A DNA stretch of 63,782 nucleotides from Candidatus Dormiibacterota bacterium (GTDB lineage: Bacteria; Chloroflexota; Dormibacteria; Aeolococcales; Bog-877), in NCBI GenBank assembly GCA_049799515.1, contig JBARIA010000018.1, forward strand, positions 1 through 63,782, written 5' to 3'. Under the pieces are notes generated by a model that did no database searches, was not told the DNA's origin, and was given only the letters and a program-made list of their open reading frames with translations. The translations under genes were made by a program, and so were the position numbers. This document shows positions 58,849 to 63,782 of the stretch, piece by piece (within the stretch, counting starts at the first letter, position 1; each line of letters opens with the position of its first letter).

Positions 58849-58931
58849 CAGATGTTGTCCATCGCTTCCACCAACAGATAGAGGATCGCCGCGCCAATGA
58901 TTATCAGCACTACCACTATGAGGTCAGGCAC
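58848..58931 (-). CDS. second KdpF-like 27-aa hydrophobic mini-ORF upstream of kdpF
   Basis: Own translation from GTG at 58931: VPDLIVVVLIIIGAAILYLLVEAMDNI. The stop overlaps the kdpF ATG by 1 nt (TGATG), the same coupling as kdpF/kdpA. Confidence 0.4.
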   Translation of the reverse strand: MPDLIVVVLIIIGAAILYLLVEAMDNI

Positions 58932-59010
58932 ATTTCGAGGCTAGCGCTCCTGGCGTCAACGTGGCGTCAACGGCGGCGCAATGTCCGTCAAAATGTAGTC
59001 AATAGAGTGG

Positions 59011-59559
59011 TTGCTCGCTTACACACTGCGCACAGCGATCACCTCCGGGCCTAGGATCTGGGCATCGATGGAGAGCAGACCAGCTAAGTCAACCAGACGA
59101 GTCGGACCACAAAAGCGCGAGCGCGCAGCCACGGCCACGATTCGGGTCAGGAAGCCGGTAGCAGATGTGTTTGATTACTTGGCCGACGGAACCCACGACC
59201 CTTCCTGGCAATCCTGGGTCTCCATCTCGGAGCTGTTGCGGTATGGCGGTGGCGTCGGTGCCGTGTACCGGCAGTCCTTGCGCGACACGGTCCTGGACGG
59301 CAGCGAATTCCAGTACCGGGTCGTCCACCACCGCCGACCGGTCTTGCTGGTGGTGGAGGCCATCAGCCTGAGGGGCCATCCCCGGGCCAGCTACCGGCTC
59401 GAACCTCTCGGGCCGGATCTGACCGAGATAACCCTGGTGATGGAGTTGCCCGGATCGGGTGCTGAGGACCTAAGGGCCTCAGGCGCCGTGCGGTGGCACG
59501 AGCGCCTGGTCACCAGCCTGCCGCACTTGAAGGCGTGGCTGGACCGGTTTCCCACCTGA
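59011..59559 (+). CDS. SRPBCC (START/polyketide cyclase-like) family protein
   Basis: IRVRKPVADVFDYLADGTHDPSWQSWV ... YRLEPLGPDLTEITLVMEL resembles the SRPBCC fold pattern. The true start may be the ATG about 40 nt downstream (MESRPAK). Confidence 0.65.
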   Translation: MLAYTLRTAITSGPRIWASMESRPAKSTRRVGPQKRERAATATIRVRKPVADVFDYLADGTHDPSWQSWVSISELLRYGGGVGAVYRQSLRDTVLDGSEFQYRVVHHRRPVLLVVEAISLRGHPRASYRLEPLGPDLTEITLVMELPGSGAEDLRASGAVRWHERLVTSLPHLKAWLDRFPT

Positions 59560-59649
59560 GTCGGCGCCGGTCCTGCCGCTGAGGGTGCTCAGGACGGGGC
59601 TATCCGAACTCGGACGCACTTCAGCTGGACTCTTACCTGTGTATTTCCG

Positions 59650-60312
59650 GTGCCATTTCGGGCCAAACACCGGTACGATGCCACGGTGATTCAATCGGAG
59701 GCGATTCCGGCCCACCCCACCCACAGTCTGCTGTCGTTGCCGGGAAGGCTGGTTCGAAGGTACCGGGAGACGGCGGCGGAGCGCCCCGACGAGGACATCA
59801 ACATAAGGGTGCTGACCGCCTTTGTGGCCACCTTCTCAACCGTCCGGATCATCACCCACGGGATCCGCAACCACTGGCTTCCACTGGGGAACATCGTACT
59901 GGGCGGTCACGGCAAGAAAGAGGGGCAACCCCTCCACATCCACCACATGGTTTGGGGCATCCTCGCCCTCACCGGATGTGGCTACGCCGCCCTGCTCCAG
60001 ACCGACCTGCGCTGGAGGCGGCGGCTGGCCCCGGTTTACGGGGCCGGGGTGGCGCTCACGTACGACGAATTTGCCCTCTGGCTGCACTTGGAGGACGATT
60101 ACTGGACCAAGCAAGGGCGGGACAGCGTGGACGCGGTGGTCTTGCGCAGTGCCCTCTTCGGACGCGCCTCGGCATCGCCCCTGTTCTGGCAACGAGCCCT
60201 GGATGAGGTGACCAACACCGCAGTGCCCGGGGTCCCCGGGGACACGGTGACGGGGAACTCACTTCGCTCAGGCGCGCCACATCGCACCACGGGAGAGAAC
60301 CCAGATGCCTGA
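59650..60312 (+). CDS. hypothetical integral membrane protein
   Basis: 220 aa with hydrophobic segments and a conserved-looking LHIHHMVWGIL and YDEFALWLHLEDDYW. The start is uncertain. Confidence 0.55.
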   Translation: MPFRAKHRYDATVIQSEAIPAHPTHSLLSLPGRLVRRYRETAAERPDEDINIRVLTAFVATFSTVRIITHGIRNHWLPLGNIVLGGHGKKEGQPLHIHHMVWGILALTGCGYAALLQTDLRWRRRLAPVYGAGVALTYDEFALWLHLEDDYWTKQGRDSVDAVVLRSALFGRASASPLFWQRALDEVTNTAVPGVPGDTVTGNSLRSGAPHRTTGENPDA

Positions 60313-61375
60313 TGACTATCTGACAGTTGACGAGGTGGCGGCCCAGATGGCCCTACCCCTTGAGATGATCCAGCGCCGGATCGAGTCCGGTGACATCCCC
60401 GTGCACTGGGTCGAGATAGGCGGCAAGTTGGAGATGCGCATCAGCGCCGCCGAGATCGGCGTCAATGAGTCGGGCCAGGTGCCAACTCCCTTCCCGGCGC
60501 CCGGAGCCTTCGCCGACGCCGAAGTCGAAGGCGAGCCCAACGATGCGGTGGCTCCCTCGAGCTGGAACGTCCGCGAGAGCCAGTACCCGTCCGACGTCTG
60601 GACCCCTGCCGAAGGTGAGCCCCCGGCTGCGGCAGCCCCCCCAGCCGCCGCCCCCTGGGAGGCCGAGCCCGAAAGTGAGCCTCCGGCGGCTGCAGTCGAG
60701 CCGGCGGCGGAGCCGGTTTGGCGACCAGACCCAGGTACCTGGGAGGACGAACCGCTCGATGCGGCGGCAGCAGCCGAGACCACCCCTGATGTGTCGCCGT
60801 TTTCCCCAGTAGCCCCAGACGCCTACTTCCCCTTGGAGGAGGCCTCAGCGGACTTCGCACCGCCGCCGCTGCCTGCTCCCGCCGGACCCTTCACCGCCGC
60901 CACGGAGCCGGCCGACGAAGACGAGGAGGAGGCGCCCTTCGGCAGCGACGACGATGTCGACGATGAGATCGTCGCCGTCGAGCCAGCACTCGACCTGGAG
61001 TCTCCGCTGCCCAGCGAGGCGATGGGGGTGGCGGAGCTGGTCGAGGTGCCCCGACCGTCGGCTCTGGCCGCGGCCCAGGGCCCGGACAGTGCTCTGGCGA
61101 TCAATTCAATCGACGCCAGGGAACTGGTGGCGGGACTCTTCGAGCGCTGGGAGCGAGCCCTGGAGCAGCGGATCCAGGCGGAGCAGCGGCTACGCTTCGA
61201 GGCGGAGTTGGAGCGGCGGCTGCGCCAGGTCCGCGACCTGCGTCAGGAGCTGGAGAACACTAGGAAGTCGACTGCCGCCCAGCTGGCCGAGCGCGAGCAG
61301 GAGGTGCTGGCCCTCCGCAACCGGCTCCGCGACCAGGGACCGGCCCAGAAGAGCCGAGGGCTATTCCGGCGCTAA
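60305..61375 (+). CDS. excisionase-type HTH protein with acidic Pro/Ala-rich linker and C-terminal coiled coil
   Basis: N-terminal YLTVDEVAAQMALPLEMIQRRIESGDIPVHWVEIGGKLEMRI (HTH_17-like), about 200 aa of E/P/A low complexity, then a heptad-like ERALEQRIQAEQRLRFEAELERRLRQVRDLRQELE. 8-nt overlap with the upstream membrane gene. Confidence 0.7.
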   Translation: MPDDYLTVDEVAAQMALPLEMIQRRIESGDIPVHWVEIGGKLEMRISAAEIGVNESGQVPTPFPAPGAFADAEVEGEPNDAVAPSSWNVRESQYPSDVWTPAEGEPPAAAAPPAAAPWEAEPESEPPAAAVEPAAEPVWRPDPGTWEDEPLDAAAAAETTPDVSPFSPVAPDAYFPLEEASADFAPPPLPAPAGPFTAATEPADEDEEEAPFGSDDDVDDEIVAVEPALDLESPLPSEAMGVAELVEVPRPSALAAAQGPDSALAINSIDARELVAGLFERWERALEQRIQAEQRLRFEAELERRLRQVRDLRQELENTRKSTAAQLAEREQEVLALRNRLRDQGPAQKSRGLFRR

Positions 61376-61608
61376 CCGATCTGCGGACGGCTCGATTTCC
61401 CGCTTCTCGATGGCTGTAGGCCAGAGGGGATCCGCGAGTCACGCCCGCCCGGCGAGGATGCCCAGGTGCCTGACTCCGGGCTGCTGACGCCTCCGCCCGG
61501 GACTCCAGGGCGTCGTCTGGGTATACCAAGAGGGATGGAGAAGCTGCTCGCAGGTGCGGCCACTGCCCCGGTCAGAGCCGTTGGACCTGACCGGACACAG
61601 GTGTCACG

Positions 61609-63408
61609 GTGAGCGGCGAGCGAGCGCCCGAGGAGATCAAGTCCCGGCTCGACATCGTGGACGTGATCGGAGGCCATGTCCGGCTGACCAGGGCGGGGCG
61701 TGAGTGGAAGGGGCTATGCCCGTTCCACACCGAGCACACCGCTTCCTTCTACGTCAATCCGGAGAAGCAGCTCTGGAACTGCCACGGCTGCCACGAGGGC
61801 GGAGACATCTTCCACTTCGTCGAGCTGATCGACCACACCGACTTCCGGGGGGCCTTGGAGGAGCTGGCCAAGAGGGCAGGGGTGGATCTCAGCCAGGACC
61901 GTCCCCAAAGCCCGGCCGAGATCCGTCGCCGGAAGCAGCGAGAGGCGCTGCTTCAGCTCAACCAGCTGGCGACCGACTACTACCACCACGTCCTGCTCAG
62001 GAGCCCGGCCGGGGAGCAGGGGCGAAACTTCCTGGACGCCCGGGCCGTGACGGAGTCCGACCGAGAGCGGTTCAAGCTCGGCTACGCGCCGCTGGGCACG
62101 ACCCAGGACAACCTGGTCAGGTTCCTGCGCCAGCGCCAGGCCGACCCCGCGGACATCGTCGCCTCGGGGCTGGCCCGGGGGGACCGGGGCCGGCTCACCG
62201 ACTTCTTCCGCCAGCGGCTGGTGGTCCCCATCCGGGATGAGCAGGGTCGGCCGGTGGGATTCGGCGGCCGGGCGATCAGCCAGGGAACTCCCAAGTACGT
62301 CAACACCCGAGGCACCCCGCTCTACGAGAAGTCCAACGTGCTATTCGGCCTGGACCTGGCCCGCGAGGCGATCCACAAAGAGCACCGAGCCGTGCTGATG
62401 GAGGGGTACTTCGACGTGATCGGGGCCCACCGGGTCGGGATCGGGAACGCGGTGTCAACCTCCGGCACCGCCCTCACCGACGCCCAGGTCCGGCTCCTGC
62501 GTCGATTCTCGGACGAGGTGATTCTCTGCTTCGACGGCGACCCAGCCGGCCAGGTGGCCGCCGGAAGGGCGGTGGGGTTGGTGGCCCAGGCGGGGATGAA
62601 CTGCCGTCTTCTGTCCCTTCCCGAGGGCCAAGACCCGGACGACCTGGCCCGGCGCGACCCGGAGGCGCTCCGGGAACTGGTCGAGAAGGCCCCCCCAGCC
62701 TGGGAGGCCCTGGTCGACGGAGCCCTGGGCGAAGCCTCCCCTCGATCTGGCGGCGAGGGCCAGGAGGCGCTCCGCCGGGCCATGAAAGTTTTGGGGCGTA
62801 TCCCGGAGGCCAGTATCCGCGCTCTATATGCAGAGAGAGTCGGCCGCCGGCTGGGAGTCGACGCGTCTCGGATTCTGAAGGACGTGGAGCACGGTGCCAC
62901 GACGCAGCCGACCAAGGCGGCAGGAGAAGGTTTGAGCCAGGTATCAAGCGGGGAGATTGCAATGGGAGCCTCTGCCCATTTGCTGGGGATGCTCTGGCAC
63001 AGCCCCCAGTTGATAGCCGAGGCTCGAGATCAATTTCAGGTCAGAAGGGATGATTTCCTCGATCCCCAGTACGGAGAGCTCTACCAGGCGATGGTCGAGG
63101 TCGCGCCGGAGAGGCTCAGTCCAGCCGACCTCGCTCCTGAGCTTCGGGTACGGTTGGACGAGCTCCCCAAGGGAGGCTTCCCCGAACTTGCCGAGAATGC
63201 CGGGGCCGCTCGTCGGAAGCGCTCGCTGGGAGATTACGTGAAGAGGATCCGGATCGAAACCCTGGAGAATCAGGCGGCCGACCTGCGCCGGCGGCTTGGC
63301 GAGCTGGGCCACCATCGGGAGGGTGAGGGCCCTCAGCTGGCGGCCGAACTGGATCGGAAACAGCGGCAGATAGAGGCGCTCCGGAGAGTCGGCGGAATGG
63401 AGGCATAG
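61609..63408 (+). CDS. dnaG: DNA primase
   Basis: Zinc finger CPFHTEHTASFYVNPEKQLWNCHGCHEGGD and TOPRIM (VLMEGYFDVI, CFDGDPAGQ). Confidence 0.95.
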   Translation: MSGERAPEEIKSRLDIVDVIGGHVRLTRAGREWKGLCPFHTEHTASFYVNPEKQLWNCHGCHEGGDIFHFVELIDHTDFRGALEELAKRAGVDLSQDRPQSPAEIRRRKQREALLQLNQLATDYYHHVLLRSPAGEQGRNFLDARAVTESDRERFKLGYAPLGTTQDNLVRFLRQRQADPADIVASGLARGDRGRLTDFFRQRLVVPIRDEQGRPVGFGGRAISQGTPKYVNTRGTPLYEKSNVLFGLDLAREAIHKEHRAVLMEGYFDVIGAHRVGIGNAVSTSGTALTDAQVRLLRRFSDEVILCFDGDPAGQVAAGRAVGLVAQAGMNCRLLSLPEGQDPDDLARRDPEALRELVEKAPPAWEALVDGALGEASPRSGGEGQEALRRAMKVLGRIPEASIRALYAERVGRRLGVDASRILKDVEHGATTQPTKAAGEGLSQVSSGEIAMGASAHLLGMLWHSPQLIAEARDQFQVRRDDFLDPQYGELYQAMVEVAPERLSPADLAPELRVRLDELPKGGFPELAENAGAARRKRSLGDYVKRIRIETLENQAADLRRRLGELGHHREGEGPQLAAELDRKQRQIEALRRVGGMEA

Positions 63409-63421
63409 GTTGGTCAAGGCG

Positions 63422-63782
63422 ATGAAGGCACCGGCGGCGGCCCCTGCCCCCCCGCGCACTGAAGATCTGGTGCGGCTGGCGGAGCAGCTGATCCTGAAGG
63501 GGAAGGAGCAGGGTTTCCTCTCCCCCAATGAGGTCCTGGAGCCGTTCCCCGAGCTGGATACCGACCCCGACCAGATGGAGCGGCTCTTCGTCATCTTCCG
63601 GGAGATGGGGATCGTCGTCTCCGACGGCGACAAGGACTTCGATGCTGAGGAGTCTGACGACGACGTCCTGGCCGCCGACGCCGACGCCGTCTCCCTGGAC
63701 GATCCGGTGCGGATGTACCTCAAGGAGATCGGTCGGGTCTCGTTGCTCAAGGCCGAGGACGAGGTGTACCTGGCCAAGCTGA
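63422..63782 (+). CDS. rpoD: primary-type RNA polymerase sigma factor, N-terminal part (runs off the right edge)
   Basis: Own translation: MKAPAAAPAPPRTEDLVRLAEQLILKGKEQGFLSPNEVLE...DDPVRMYLKEIGRVSLLKAEDEVYLAKL. DPVRMYLKEIGRV.LL is the region 1.2 signature. An alternative TTG start lies at 63410. Not in the ORF track because there is no stop. Confidence 0.9.
   Translation, partial: MKAPAAAPAPPRTEDLVRLAEQLILKGKEQGFLSPNEVLEPFPELDTDPDQMERLFVIFREMGIVVSDGDKDFDAEESDDDVLAADADAVSLDDPVRMYLKEIGRVSLLKAEDEVYLAKL

Overview
High-GC, Actinomycetota-like chromosomal segment (taxon is an inference from gene content and tRNA sequences). It is densely packed on both strands, mostly with housekeeping genes. Left to right: UDG, PIG-L deacetylase, DUF1028, hemerythrin and AlkA-like repair genes; a VapBC toxin-antitoxin pair; an aa3-type cytochrome oxidase operon (ctaC-ctaD-ctaA plus three small membrane ORFs); aconitase. 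Then a Fur-box-controlled metal ABC importer with its own Fur-family regulator; an EamA transporter; an SGNH hydrolase / HTH protein / S9 peptidase stretch next to tRNA-Arg(CCG). Then birA, NUDIX, MBL hydrolase, pepA, queG, a Rieske-like protein, Ppx/GppA, PHP phosphoesterase, leuS and a methyltransferase. Then a decayed integrative islet at tRNA-Ile(TAT); a RapZ-like protein, an HNH endonuclease and an FHA protein; etfBA; tRNA-Asp; a methyltransferase, an M20 amidohydrolase and an HD protein; tRNA-Ser. The right end holds a complete kdp locus (split kdpD, kdpE, convergent kdpFABC) and then SRPBCC, membrane and HTH proteins, dnaG and the start of rpoD. I saw no CRISPR array, rRNA, intact transposase or intact prophage. 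Best hunt results: (1) a roughly 1 kb integrase-bearing remnant bracketed by a 39-nt copy of the 5' half of tRNA-Ile, whose anticodon is the uncommon genomically encoded TAT. (2) A co-located trio of a RapZ homolog with its Walker A destroyed, an HNH nuclease, and an FHA protein fused to a secretion-ATPase-like domain with all NTPase motifs degenerate. This is my best candidate for an undescribed module, but the functional link is speculative. (3) Unannotated, translationally coupled mini-ORFs in the kdp and cytochrome oxidase operons, a split KdpD, and a Ppx/GppA gene that appears to need a non-canonical start codon. Most other long ORFs in the track are GC-driven shadow frames of recognisable genes.
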